A stretch of 64,000 nucleotides of DNA from Azolla caroliniana. Lineage: Eukaryota; Plantae; Polypodiophyta. The position numbers and the translations under genes were made by a program. The DNA lies in NCBI GenBank assembly GCA_043228905.1, contig JBHGNT010000011.1, positions 8,246,001 through 8,310,000 on the forward strand. Direction: 5' to 3'. The first letter of the stretch is position 1. Each line of letters opens with the position of its first letter. Shown piece by piece: positions 24,001 through 36,100 of the stretch. A model generated the notes under the pieces. That model did no database searches. It was given only the letters and a program-made list of their open reading frames with translations, and had not been told where the DNA came from.

Positions 24001-26219
24001 ACACTCATGCCTTTGTTCCAAAGTGTTGCGCTTGACCATGGACATGTAGACCAGCCAAGTGAGTCTCAAAGGGATAAAAATTTCCAGCAAATAAGTGTTG
24101 AAAATGCACGAAATGTCCAACCAAATGTGGCTGAAAATGAGCATGAAATTCAGCCCACGCATGATGTACATATTGAAGATGCATTACATAATGAACGTAT
24201 GGCTATCGAGAGGTCACAAACTATGCCGAGGTGGCTGAAACAAACTTTGCAAGATAGCAAATTGAGTGCACCTTTACTTGGTAAAACAAGATCAAGCTCT
24301 CGCCATGCATCAGGTAATTTTGTGGATTATTCTATTGTTGCAATAGCATGTAATGAGGAGCCACTTACTTTTGAAGATGCATGTGATGATCCACATTGGA
24401 TGAGTGCTATGCAATCAGAAATGGATTCCATTCATAAAAATGGTACTTGGGAGTTATGTGAATTGCCAAAAGGAAAGAATGTGATTGGTACTAGGTGGGT
24501 TTACAAGATTAAACGAAAGCCCGATGGTAGTATTGATCGCTACAAAGCTAGATTGGTTGCCAAAGGATATGCCCAACAATATGGCATTGATTATGAGGAA
24601 ACTTTTGCACCTACTTCACGCATGACTACCATTCGTACCGTGGTTGCATTGGCTGCCCAAAGAGGTTGGAAAATGCATCAATTGGACATAAAAACAGCCT
24701 TTTTAAATGGTGATTTGCAAGAAGAGGTTTATGTGAAGCAACCTCCTGGATTTGCTACGAAAGAGAAAGAGCATATGGTTTGTCGCTTGCATAAGGCCTT
24801 GTATGGTCTCAAGCAAGCTCCGCGTGCATGGTATGAAAAAATCCATAAGCACTTGATTTCTCTTGGCTTCACATGTAGTCCGATTGAAAGCACACTTTAT
24901 GTACGCAAAGATGGGGCTGATCTTCTAGTGCTCGTTCTTTATGTTGATGACATACTCTTGACTGGGTCATGTGATGCAAAACTCGATTTTCTTATGGATG
25001 ATTTGCAGCATACTTTTGAAGTCACTTATCTTGGTCTTTTGAGCTACTATCTTGGCATCCAGTTTGTATCCGTTGAGGGGGGAATGTTTATGCATCAAGG
25101 AAAGTATGTTGAAAAACTACTTCAGCGTTTTGACTTTGAGGATTGCAAGCCGGTTTATACACCTGTGGAGACAGGATTTAGGTTCTCTGTTGAGGATTCT
25201 AGTGATGCGTTTGATACTTCTCTTTATCAACAAGCTGTGGGATGTCTTATATATGCATGCAATACAAGGCCGGATATACAGTATGCAGTCTCCCAATTGA
25301 GTCGATTCATGCATAGCCCTGGCACTAAGCATTGGCAAGCAGTGAAACGTGTGTTCAGATATCTTAGAGGCACTTTGAGCTTGGGTCTCTTTTATGGCAG
25401 AGATACTCAGCCATGCTTGCATGCTTTTACAGATAGTGATTGGGCTGGTTGTTATGATACTCGCGTGTCCACTAGTGGTAATTGCTTTTTCTTTGGAAAC
25501 TCATGTATATCTTGGTTGAGTAAAAAGCAACCTACAGTGGCGACATCAAGTTGTGAAGCTGAGTACAGGGCAGTTTTCACAGCTACAGTGGAGTGTATAT
25601 GGCTAAGACGCCTTTTGATGGATCTTTGCATGGAGATTGAAGTTGCTACACGTATTCTCACAGATAGTCAGAGTGCATTGGCTGTTGCACGAAATCCTGT
25701 ATTTCATGCACGGACCAAACACATTGAGGTGCATTATCACTATGTGAGAGAGCGCTTTCATGCAGGAGATATTGATTTGGTATATGTGCCTACACAAGAT
25801 AACGTGGCAGACATATTCACCAAAGCTCTTCCACGAGAAAAGTTTGAAGCTTTTCGCAAAGCTTTAGGCTTATTGCCTTGTGGGGGCTGATCTGTCACTC
25901 CTTGTACATGTTCACATCATTCGCTCCAGGGGGGTTTGTTACACTTGCGTGTTCCTCTAGTAGCTTTGATGTGAACCATTTACCCTATACATGGGCACTT
26001 TTTACTCTAGTGCTGGCTAGAGGTTTTTTCCCCATGTTACCACATACATGAGTCACTCATATGTGGTGGTACTTAGTACTTAGGGATATATATTTCAGCT
26101 CCTATTTCTTTTAGGAACATTCATCAATAGAGAGCTATTCCAGCCATTGCCTTCCTTGTGTGAGTGCTTCTTTCTTTGAGCTTCTTGTGTGTTTCCCACT
26201 CTTCCTCACATACCCAACA
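21050..26219 (+). mobile_element. Young, structurally intact Ty1/copia retrotransposon
   Basis: 283-bp LTRs (21050-21332, 25937-26219) with one visible mismatch, TSD GAGAC, PBS TGGTATCAGAGCCA at 21334-21347, short G-tract PPT, uninterrupted gag-pol ORF. Confidence 0.97.
21619..25890 (+). CDS. Copia gag-pol polyprotein (Gag, CCHC knuckle, aspartic protease, GAG-pre-integrase, integrase, RT, RNase H)
   Basis: CKYCRKVGHTIEEC, WFFDSGASKH, LWHARFGH…CEGC, VHSDVCGP, RTDRGGEY, QQNGVAER, LYVDDIL, FTDSDWAG, RTKHIEVHYH. First ATG is at 21619 (the ORF track starts at TTG 21604). Confidence 0.97.
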   Translation: MANNGDLFGMLQAEDKLDGTNYPMWSYMMKHVLVAKQLWNIVVDVDRRPAGPTTSQSTITDTGSSSSTVTSSTPPTQEQLRWDGKDAQAHALIALSVKRHIVPHIRSCSTSKQAWDTLASLYAVRNEARVAYLRKQLEDVYMAENESVDVYVTRIKDLKEQLANIDEIISNTSLVSTLLKGLPESFQSFATTIRLVAKGNTDMYAFDEVVSLLLQEEQSRVNRSGLIEGTQALAISQKGKGKHGSAFGSSKPKPQPPSFTYSSNDGDLQKKKRCKYCRKVGHTIEECRKLVKRNEKKKESGMTISENVSSAKSDEANMAQDYWACVVTYHYDASLHSKCMVVSEIDSDWFFDSGASKHITSCKSFFASLKDAPKGGHVVCANNASYPIIGVGEIELSAANGGVVILKNVLYVPGIKKNLISIPLIAKAGLHVHFVDDKCMVHDYSNGDVIVMSGTLCNGLYRLDTYKRASLNALAVHTSSMAEMELWHARFGHLNFNSLLHLQKKDMVIGLPTLESIEKHACEGCILGKMHRASFPKDSHTHTTRKLQLVHSDVCGPVKTPSFGKHVYFVTFIDDATRHTWVYPMKAKNEVFSCFKSFLAMAENFSANKLLTLRTDRGGEYMSHEFNAFLCERGILHQCTVPYTPQQNGVAERKNRTLLEMARCMVKGKHLPNKFWMEAVMCANYVLNRCPTKALRVITPYEAWNGHKPMVSHMRVFGCLAYALVPSQQRHKLDDKAKKCIFVGYSAESKGYRLYHPLTDTIIVSRDLVFAENSAFPFLECKKQPTVSSQDVFDTLMPLFQSVALDHGHVDQPSESQRDKNFQQISVENARNVQPNVAENEHEIQPTHDVHIEDALHNERMAIERSQTMPRWLKQTLQDSKLSAPLLGKTRSSSRHASGNFVDYSIVAIACNEEPLTFEDACDDPHWMSAMQSEMDSIHKNGTWELCELPKGKNVIGTRWVYKIKRKPDGSIDRYKARLVAKGYAQQYGIDYEETFAPTSRMTTIRTVVALAAQRGWKMHQLDIKTAFLNGDLQEEVYVKQPPGFATKEKEHMVCRLHKALYGLKQAPRAWYEKIHKHLISLGFTCSPIESTLYVRKDGADLLVLVLYVDDILLTGSCDAKLDFLMDDLQHTFEVTYLGLLSYYLGIQFVSVEGGMFMHQGKYVEKLLQRFDFEDCKPVYTPVETGFRFSVEDSSDAFDTSLYQQAVGCLIYACNTRPDIQYAVSQLSRFMHSPGTKHWQAVKRVFRYLRGTLSLGLFYGRDTQPCLHAFTDSDWAGCYDTRVSTSGNCFFFGNSCISWLSKKQPTVATSSCEAEYRAVFTATVECIWLRRLLMDLCMEIEVATRILTDSQSALAVARNPVFHARTKHIEVHYHYVRERFHAGDIDLVYVPTQDNVADIFTKALPREKFEAFRKALGLLPCGG

Positions 26220-29200
26220 GAGACAACGTGGGTTGGTGATTCTAAAGTGTTGTTCCATCTGACACTGGACAGGAGGTGCTTCTCATCCTACAGAGCCGGA
26301 GATCATGGTTGTGTCCGGATGGGGAATGAAGGGAGCTACCAAATTTTCGGCATAGGAGATGTGTTGTTGACGACATCAACCGGATGCAAGTTGCTGTTGA
26401 AGGATGTCCGACATGTTCTAGAGGTTCGACTGAACCTGATATCAGTCGGTCGGCTAGATGATGATCTGGAACAGATTCATGAAGTTCAACAAGGGAAGCT
26501 TGATTGTGGCTCGAGCCCGGAAGATCAACACGATGTATCTAATGCATGCATGAATATGCCGGGAAGAAGTGAACGTAGCATCCAATATTGTCGGTGAGAT
26601 GTGGCACAAAAGACTGTGTCACATACGTGAGAAGGGGATGAAGAGGCTTGCCGAAGACAATCTTATTCCGGTGAAGGACATGCAACTTGAGAAGTGCACC
26701 GATTGCTTGGCTGGCAAACAAAACCGAACCTCCTTCCGGTCAAGACCACAGATGAGACAGAATGCACCACTGCAACTAGTGCATACCGATGTGTGTCAAG
26801 TGGACACGAAGTCACATGCTAGATTGCAGTACTTCGTGACATTCATAGACGACCATAGTCGAAAGCTGTGGGTCGCACCACTGAAGACGAAGGATCAAGT
26901 GTTATCCGTCTTCAAGGATCTCCACGCGAGAGTGGAAAGAGAAATAGGCCAGAAGCTGAAGGCGGTTCGAGGAGATAACGGAGAAGAATACTGGGGGCAG
27001 TTCGTGGAGTACTGCCAGTCGAAGGGAATCCGGCTTGAATTTATAGTGCCGAAGACGCCGGAACTAAACGTGATGGCCGAAAGGATGAACCAGACCATAA
27101 TGGAGAGAGTCTGGAGCATGCTTGCACATGCCAAGTTACCTAAGACGTTTTGGGTTGAGGCGCTGATGACGATGATCTATGTGATAAACAGATCACCCTC
27201 AATACCCTTGGATGGAGACACACTGGAGAGAGTATGGACCATTAAGGACATGTCCTAACGACATCTAAAGGTATTCGGATGTCTCGCCTATGCGCATGTG
27301 GCGAAGGACAAGAGAGCAAAGCTAGATCAGAAGTCTCGGCCATGCATGTTCTGTGGATACGACGATGATGAGTTCGGTTACTGGGTATGGGATCTGGTCA
27401 ACCAGAAGGTGTTCCGGTGTTGGGACATAGTCTTCATGGAAGAGAGGACCATTGCTGACTGGGAGTCGGAGAAGAAGGTGATGAACCCCAGATCATCCAA
27501 TGAAAACCGGTTTGAGCACACAAGGATCTACCCGGTTGAAAACCAGATGTTGGTCGGCAATAGGAGGACACTCGACGAATCGGCCTGATCCGGACAAGAA
27601 ACCAAACCGACCGAAGAAGAAGCAGAAGAAGACACCAGAACCGGACAAGATCCTGAATCAGATGAGGATGAGGAACAAATGTAAGAACCGGTAGTTAGAA
27701 ACCAAGGACGGAGATACCCTCTCCGAGAGAGAAGATCCCCCCGGAGATTTCCGGATGTAGACTACGTGTTGCTAACCAATGAGGGGGAGCCGTAAAGCTT
27801 CGAAGAAGCAAAGAGAGACACCCACAACCGCAAGTGATTGAATGCCATGTAGGATGAGATGGATTCCCTGCATGAGAACCACACGTATGAATTGACGGAG
27901 TTGGCGAAAGGAAAGAGGGCACTCCGAAGAAGTGGGTGTACAAGTTGAAACCGGGAGATTCCGGAAACCCACCGAGATACAAAGCCCAGATCGTGATGAA
28001 GGGGTTCCAGCAGAATAAAGGAGTGGGACAAGATTTTTGCCCCAGTAGTTAAGATGACTTCCATCCGGACGGTGCTGAGCATAGCGGCAAGCATGGACCT
28101 TGAGGAAGAGAAACTAGACATAAAGACGACGTTCCTCCATGGTGACCTCGAAGAGGAGATCTACATGCATCAACCGAAAGGATTTGAGAAGAAAGGGAAG
28201 GAGCACCTGGTGTGCTGGCTGAAGAAGAGCTTATACGGTTTGAAGCAAGCTCCCTGGGAATGGTACCAGAAGTTCGACTCCTTCATGACCGACCAAGGGT
28301 ACCACAAGACGCAGGCCGATCACTGTGTGTTTGTGAAGAAATTTGACGGAGGAGATTTCCTGATACTCCTCTTATATGTGGATGATATGCTAATTGTCAG
28401 ATGAGACCAAGGCAAGATTTGGATGATGTGGAAGGCTCTAAACCAGACCTTCTCAATGAAAGACTTGGGTCCGGCAAGACAGATATTGGGAATGCACATC
28501 ATCTGAGACCGGTCAAAGAAGCGGTTGTGGTTGTCACAGGAGAAGTACGTGACAAAGGTGCTTCAATGGTTCAACACGTTGGAGATGAAGCCGATCGAAT
28601 CGACACTTCTGGAAAACTGCAAGCTATCCAAAAAACAACGTCGGAGGACAAAGGCGAAGAAGATACCATATGCCTCTACCGTCGAAAGCTTGATGTACGC
28701 GATGGTATGTACCCGACCCGATATCAAATATGCAGTCGGAGTGGTGAGCCAGTTCATGAGCAATCCCGAAAGAGAGCATTGGAATGCGGTCAAGTGGATA
28801 CTCTGGTATCTGAAAGGCACCTCGAGTATGTGCCTCCGGTAATCCTGAACTTGACGGATTCACAGATTCGGATATGTCGGCCGATGCGGCTACCAACCAG
28901 TCTACATCCGGATATGTCATGATTTATGCAGGAGGAGTTTTTTCGTGGCAGTCGAGGCTGCAAAAGTCCATTGTGTTATCAAACACGGAGGCGGAGTACA
29001 TGGCAGTTGTGGAAGTCGGCAAGGAGATAATCTGGATGAAGGACTTCATCGGAGAGCTAGGAATCCAACAGGAGGAATACCGACTCTACTGCGATAGTCA
29101 AAGTGCCATCCACCTTGCAAAGAACGCGGCCTACTATTTCCGGACGAAACATATCCAACGAAGGTACCACTCGATCCGGGAGAGAGTAGAAGATCAAGAG

Positions 29201-31356
29201 TTCGTGCTTACGAAGATCCAGACGGAGGAGAACGGGGCAGACATGTTGACCAAGGTGTTGACGACTAACAAGCTGCACGCGTGCCGAAAGTGGATCGGGT
29301 TGACGAGCCATCCCATGCCCGAGTGAAGGGGGATATTGTTGGGAAATCGATCCCTCCGGATGGTATCCGGTTATGAATGAAGAGGACCCAGTGAGAACCG
29401 GATTGGGTGGACCTAGTGATAACCAGAAGAGTAAATATGTTTTGAGTAAGCCTATTGAGGCTATATTTGTAAATAGCCCTAAGTTCATATAACTATTAAT
29501 ATGACTTAGGGCAATCACTTAGTATGTTGTTGTCATATTGTTGTAACTATTGTATAGAGAGCTATATAGAGAGAGAGATACAAAGTGATACTCTGTTGTA
29601 ACTGCCGCATAAATAAACTAGGGCTTGAGGTCGTTGCCTCTGAGTCTCTAATTTTACCCTTTTCCTTCATAGTGATAGTTGGAGTCTGTGGGCTCTCGTG
29701 GTTTTTCCCATTCAGGGTTTTCTATGTAAACATCCTGTGTACTCTCTATTTCCCATTTCTGTGTTTTTCCTTCTCATTGAAGTGACTCAAGAGTCAGTTG
29801 TGACCGAGCAGTATTCCGCGCTATTTTCTTTCAATTTGGCATGATGGATTGTTGATCCATCGGAACCCCTCTAGATAGAAATCAAAAGCTTCGTCATGAC
29901 TCAACGCCGACTTGTAATGTGACACGGTTTTAACAAATTTTTGGAATCCTCATCTATTTGATGGTCACCCTTCTAGACCTTTACTTATAGGGTCGGCGTG
30001 ATAAGTCAGTTAATGCAAAGCTGATGATTGAACACCTTCAATGTTAGTGGCACGAAGGAGCGTGGGTTGTTGTATTGGACCGGCGTAGCCAAACAATTAG
30101 TTGGTGATCGTTGATCGATTGGGCCGGAAATGTCGGTGATTGTTGATCGACATAGGGGTGTGTATTCTCCTTGGGGAGTGCGGCGATCACTTGGTGCAAC
30201 AAGAAGCAGGCCATAGTAGCATTGTCAAGCATTGAGGTCGAGTATAGAGGGTGGCTGTCGCAACATGCGAAGCCATATGGTTGCAACGGCTATTGCAGGA
30301 CTTGTAGGTGGAGGTTGTCTATCCAAGGCCGATCTATTGTAACAACCTCAACAACATCTAGGTAGTGAAGAACCTAGACTTCCATGCTCGCACCAAGGAC
30401 ATAGAAGTGCATTATCACTTCTTGCATGAGCGTGTTCTCAGTGATGATGTCAAACTGAAGCATGTTTGGATTGATCAACAAGTAGCCGACATCTTCACCA
30501 AACCCTTTGGATTGCAACATCTTGACGTGCCGCACTTGAGGGGGAGAGCAATAGAAGTCGAAAAGGGGAGAATAGAAGGAAATGAATCCACTAGGGGAGG
30601 ATTAGCTGACAAGGTGATTAGCGGAGTGGATGAGCCGAATCCAAAGCCAACCAAAGGAAAGGGGAGAGCCGAATGGACCAACAAATTGGAGATAGTCGAT
30701 TAGGGTAAAGGAGACGTTTTAGTTGAGCTGAATCGTGAAGGGGCAACCGAAGCCGATGCCAATGTGGAAAATTCGATGGATCGAGCGGCACCAAAGTGGA
30801 AGAGGTGGGAGAAAGGAAAACGAAGGCTTAAGGAACTAACAAGTTGACGGAACAGGTGGAGGAGCGTGGGATGGAATGGGTCATGGAGTGCAGTCCAAGA
30901 GGTGCCGGAGCAAAGAACTAGCTGAAGCAGACTAGAGGAACCTCAAGTTGAGCTTGAGGGGGAGTGTTGAGTGATAGGCTCAACATGAGCTAAATCGGTT
31001 ATAGGTTGTAGGTTGGATAGGTTCAAGAAGCCGAAAGCAGAATCTGCTAAAAGGATTCAACTAAAAGTTGACATGCCATTAGGACCTATATTCCTATTTT
31101 AATAATAGGAATATAATATGCAATTTAGTGTGAGCGCTCATAAGTGACCATTATGTACTTTGGGAGTAGTTGTGTCACCCCACTGTTAGGGGCTTGTATA
31201 TAAAGTGCTCTATAAGAAAATTTGTAAGTACTGAGTATCTCTCTCTCACACCTCTCACTGTGTACTTGCTCTCTATCTCTATTCTATGTGAATACCTAAC
31301 TATCTACTATTGTTGGATGAGCTGACTACTTGTGTAAGCTTCCACACACTTTAACT

Positions 31357-32607
31357 TTTGAGGTGAAAGGAAAAGAAAATCTTGGATGTAGGTTAAGGAA
31401 GAGCTTGTATGGGTTGACACAAGCCCCTCGACAGTGGTATAAGAAGTTTGAATCCTTCATGCTGAAACATGGATTCCGTGAAACACAAGCTTACCATTCT
31501 GTTATTGTGAAGAGGTATGATGAAGGGGAGTTCTTGATTCTCCTACTTTATGTAGAGGATATGTTGGTTGTCGAACATGATGCTAAGAAGATTGCGAGCT
31601 TGAAGAAAGATCTAAGAAAATCCTTTGGTATGAAGGATTTAGGTCTGGCAAGACAAATTTTGGGAATGCACATAGCCAAGGATAGGACTAAAAATATGTT
31701 GTGGTTGTCACAAGAGAAATTTGTGACAAAAGTAATGCAAAGATTTAATATGTATAATGCAAAACCTATTGGACCTGCGTTGCTGGTAAACTGTTAGGTA
31801 AATTCTAGTCAATGTCCGAAAAGTGAGAAGGATAAGGCTGAGATGAGAAAGGTGTTGTATGCCTCAGTCATTGGCAACCTAATGTATGCTATTGTTTGCA
31901 CTAGGAGAAGACACAACACATCATCTCATGGGTTGTTGGATGGATGGATGGGAACTCCACGTCATCACATCCAAGACACTCTCGGACATTGCATTTGCTA
32001 TTGGGATAATCCACTGATACATGAGCAATCCAGGTAAGGAGCATTGGGCTGCAATAAAATGGATACTCAGATACCTAAAAGGCACCTCGGGTATATGCCT
32101 TAGATGCTCTAAGAAATCTATGCTTGAAGGTTCCATAGATTTTGATATGTCAGGTGATGTTGATGCTAGACGATCTACTTTATGATATGTAATAAGCTAT
32201 GCAGGGCGAGGGGGAGCCATATTATGGCAATCTAGATTGCAAAAGGCGATGGCTTTGTCGACCATAGAGGCGGAGTATATGGTTACGGTTGAGGATGACA
32301 ATGAATTTATTTGGATGAGGGATTTTCTTAGTGAGCTAGGAATGAAGCAAGACAAACTCCTACTTCACTGTGATAATCAGAGTGCCATCCACCTTGCAAA
32401 AAAAATGTTGCCTACCACCCTTGAACCAATCACATAAAAAGAAGGTATCACTAGTTACAAGAGAGAGTGGATGAAAATGAGTTTGCTCTAGTAAAGATCC
32501 ATATTGATGAAAATGGATTCGATATGCTTACTAAGGTATTATCGACAGAGAAGCTCACTACATGCCGGGTGAGGACAGGTCTGGTTGACTCTCCCATACA
32601 GGAGTGA
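31357..32607 (+). pseudogene. Decayed copia RT/RNase H, followed by a PPT and an LTR starting at 32618
   Basis: CRLRKSLYGLTQAPRQWY, LLLYVEDML, HCDNQSAIHLAK; PPT gagtgaatggggag; TGTTATC at 32618. The LTR probably continues after 38681 to about 39561. Confidence 0.8.
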
Positions 32608-33185
32608 ATGGGGAGTTTGTTATCTATTGGTGTCCCTCCTTATGGTAGAAGGGCCAAAAGCCCTAATGTGTGCATCTATTTTGATATTTGTATTCGGACA
32701 TTATTTGCAACAAGTTAGAAGTATGAAGGCTCAAGCTTAATGACGAAGAAAGTGTGAATATTTAATAGAGTCATCACATTAACTATGGTGAAAGAAAGTT
32801 TACTAAGGTGGAAACGATAATTTCATGGAGCGCATTGGAGATAAGAGCAATGCCTCAAGATCAAGCTAATAATAGAAGAAAGAAGAAAGAAGAAATAGAG
32901 GAGCAAAATTGGGCTAAAAAAATAAAAGAGAAAGGAAAAAGTGGAGCACAATAAAAGAAACTCTAAAAAAAAGTAAAGAAGAATATACAGAAGAGGAAGA
33001 AAACATTATCAATGAGAAAGGTCAAATATCAAAGAGGATGGTTGGGGTTGGAGGCAAGAGGCTAAGGACTAGAGGCTAGATGCTAGATACTAGAGGCTCA
33101 ATGCAATATATTTCTTGATAATCAATATTAGTGACTTATATACTTATGTTCTTCTCCATTTTTAGAATCAATGGAGATTAAAATT

Positions 33186-36100
33186 TGTAAAAAGAACAAC
33201 GTGCAAAAGCAATGTTCCTATGCAGAGGCGTCGAGATGCGCTTACAGTTTGCCATCCCAAACTTGAAGAGCATATTCAACGGGTAATGTCGTTGGCTGAT
33301 CAATACGCCTTCGAGGGGTATGGATCACTTCAACTCCAAGGAAGTAATGAAGGTCCCCTAGGTCCTTCATGTCCAATGATGCCGCGAGCTGCAACTTTAC
33401 GCGGTCAATTTCACCTAGGTCGACGCCAATGATGACCAAGTCATCAACATAAAGTAAAATACTAACCGGCCTGAGTTGACCTTGCCGAATGAACAGTGAA
33501 GAGTCTGATATGGACGTCACAAATCCCATCCAACGCAATCGTTGTGTGATTTTCGCGTTCCAAGCACACGAGGCTTGCATTAGTCCGTAAAGGGACTTCT
33601 TCAACCGGCAAACCGCCGAAGTGTTCATTCCGGAGTGAAATCCGGGGGGTTGTACCATGTACACCTGTTCCTCAAGCTCGCCTTGCAGGAACGCATTCTT
33701 GACATCCATCTGATGTAAATGCCACCCCTTCGCCACTGCTACGGTTGGCAGAACACGCACGGTAGTCATCTTCGCGACAAGCGTAAAGATCTCGTCGTAG
33801 TCCACACCGTGCTTCAGCGCGTAGCCTTTCGCTACTAAACGGGCCTTGTCTCGGTTGACCGATCCATCGGTGTTGTACTTGAACTTGAACACCCACCTAC
33901 ATCTGATGGGATTCACACCCTTCGGTGCGTCAACTAGGTCCCAGGTTTCATTCTCCGCCAATGCACGCATCTCTTCCTCCATTGCGGCACACCAATTTGC
34001 GTCCTTCACCGCTTCTACATAGCTCCCCAGCTCACGCACTTCCTCTACATGCATCATGTACGCATAGTGATGCACCATGTACTCATTGTATCCGAACCGC
34101 ACAACAGGGTTCTTCTGGCGGGTAGATCGGCGTAACTGCTCATTAGCCGGTGCTGAGGCTTTCTTGGCTGACGTGGACTTCGCTCTCGAAGGCCCGTCAT
34201 CGCTCTTCTCGGAGTCGGATTCGCGTCGATCTGACTCAACCTTATCCGTGCAGTACTCCGTCATCTTCTTCTTCCCTTTTTCCTTCTGCATAAACCGTCT
34301 CCTCGGCTTCCTGCGCGGGGAATGCACGACTGAGTCTCCACTACTTGCCGGCTCTTCTTCGGTTTGGTCAAACTGACCCAGTCGCTCGTTCAATCCACTT
34401 AGCCGAAATGAAATCGGACTCTCATCGAGGGTCTCGATTTCGCGGTCATCCGGAGGCATTTCAGCCTCGCTGACCTCATCATCAGAACTTGGGTCTGGAG
34501 ATCCGGAGTTGGAGTTGAGGTTTGGAGTCGGAGGCAAGTACTAGGACGTAGACTCGTCACGTGAGCTTCTTTGGTTCGGGGGTTATAACACTTATAACCC
34601 TTCTGTTTGTCGGAATAGCCGACCAAGATACACTTCTCGGCTTTCGCGTCCAACTTCCTCCGTTTCTCATTCGGCACATGCACATACACAATGCTACCAA
34701 AAACTATCAAGTGTCGTAGATTCGGCTTTCTTCCGAAATACAGCTCATGCGCCGACACTTTGTCTCCAATCCGATTCTGAATGTAGACCGCGGTACGTAC
34801 CGTTTCGGCCTAATAGAACTTGGGCAAACTCATTTCTTCCAGCATTGCCCACGCCGCTTCCACAACCGACCGATTTTTCCATTCGGCTACGCCGTTTTGT
34901 TCCAGCATATACCTGCAACTGAATTCACGCTAAATTCCCATTTGTTGCAGATAGCTATTGAATTGGCCGGAAAAGTATTGTTTTCCGCCATCCGACCGCA
35001 GGCACTTGATCTTTCTCCCTATTTTCCTTTCTACGAAGCTTTTGAGGTCCTGGAAATAGTTGAAGACTTCACTCTTCTTTTCAATGAGATAGATCCACGT
35101 GTGCCACGTGTAGTCGTCGATGAAGGAGACAAAATATCGACTCCCGCCAAGACCAACGTTCTGTGCCGGCCCCCATACATCCGAATGTATCAAGTCGAGC
35201 TTGTTCCAGCTCCAGTTACGCTCGTTGGGGAAAGGAAGTCGGTGTTGCTTCAATTGCAAGTCTTGAAGCCTTCGATAGTTGACGTGGCCTATCCGCTTGT
35301 GCCACAATTTGATATCCGACTTGAATTTTTGTCCTTTTGCGAGCATTGCGGTGCCAACGTCATTGGTCTCGAGGATAAACATCCTCCCGTCTCTACGCCC
35401 TTGCACAATAACTTGGCCTTCCTCCTCGATGAAGCACCCGAGATGCGTGAACCGGACTTGCATCCCCTGGTCGACGATCTGCCCGACTGACACTAGATTC
35501 TTCGTGATTGTTGGGACGTGTAACACATTCATGAGTTTCCCTTTTTTCCCGACATGGCTCAGGGGAACTTCACCAACATTCTTGATCGGATGTGGAGTGT
35601 CGTCTCCTATTGCGACTACTGCCAGTTGCGTCGGTTTCTCAAGGTATGAGAACCACTCCTTATGGCTCGTCATTTGGTTTGACGCACTGGAGTCCACATA
35701 CCACACCTCGTCCGATTTCGGGATGGTGTTCTTCATTGAGTTCGCCTCGTTTCTCATCACGAAGGTTGCCCCCTTTCCGACTTTTTCGGATCCTTCGGTG
35801 TAGTGTGATCACTGCCGATTTCCTTTGTCGGATTGTCCGGATCCGGATCCGATTTTCTCCGAATCGGCATGCTTCTTCCAGCACTCGCTCTCCTTGGGGC
35901 CTTTCTTGCCATAATACCAGCATTCCGCAACGGATTTCCCTTGTCGGTTCTCGTCGCCTCGACTCCCCTTGTTTCGGGAGGGTCTGGAATTGTTGTCGGC
36001 ATCACTTCGGTGCCTTCTTCCTTGATCCCGTCGGCTGCCTCCATTGTGCACCGACTCGCCTCGTCCGCCACGACCACGGGGCGTATCTCCCTTGTGTACA

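Larger units (their letters stand above)
19562..29833 (+). mobile_element. Full-length but decayed Ty1/copia element (Tnt1/Tork-like), LTRs 19562-20133 and 29337-29833
   Basis: TSD ATTTG (19557-19561 / 29834-29838), mutated PBS TGATATCAGAGC, PPT gagtgaagggggat. Gag 20163-21049 (CLYCGKPGH); PR-INT-RT-RH at 26225-29326 with many stops and frameshifts. Confidence 0.92.
19131..31356 (+). mobile_element. 3' half of a decayed copia element (RT 19131-19561 continuing at 29839, RNase H, PPT, 3' LTR about 30965-31356), interrupted by nested elements
   Basis: AFL..DLEEQVYMVQPP…KSLY.LKQ before 19562; FGMMDC…AAITWCNKKQ…FHARTKDIEVHYHF after 29838; PPT gagggggag followed by TGTTGAG at 30965. Confidence 0.75.

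Noticed and set aside
34747-35490. 247-aa plus-strand ORF (and similar antisense ORFs at 50346-51020 and 35592-36131)
   Set aside because: These are shadow frames antisense to retroelement coding sequence.
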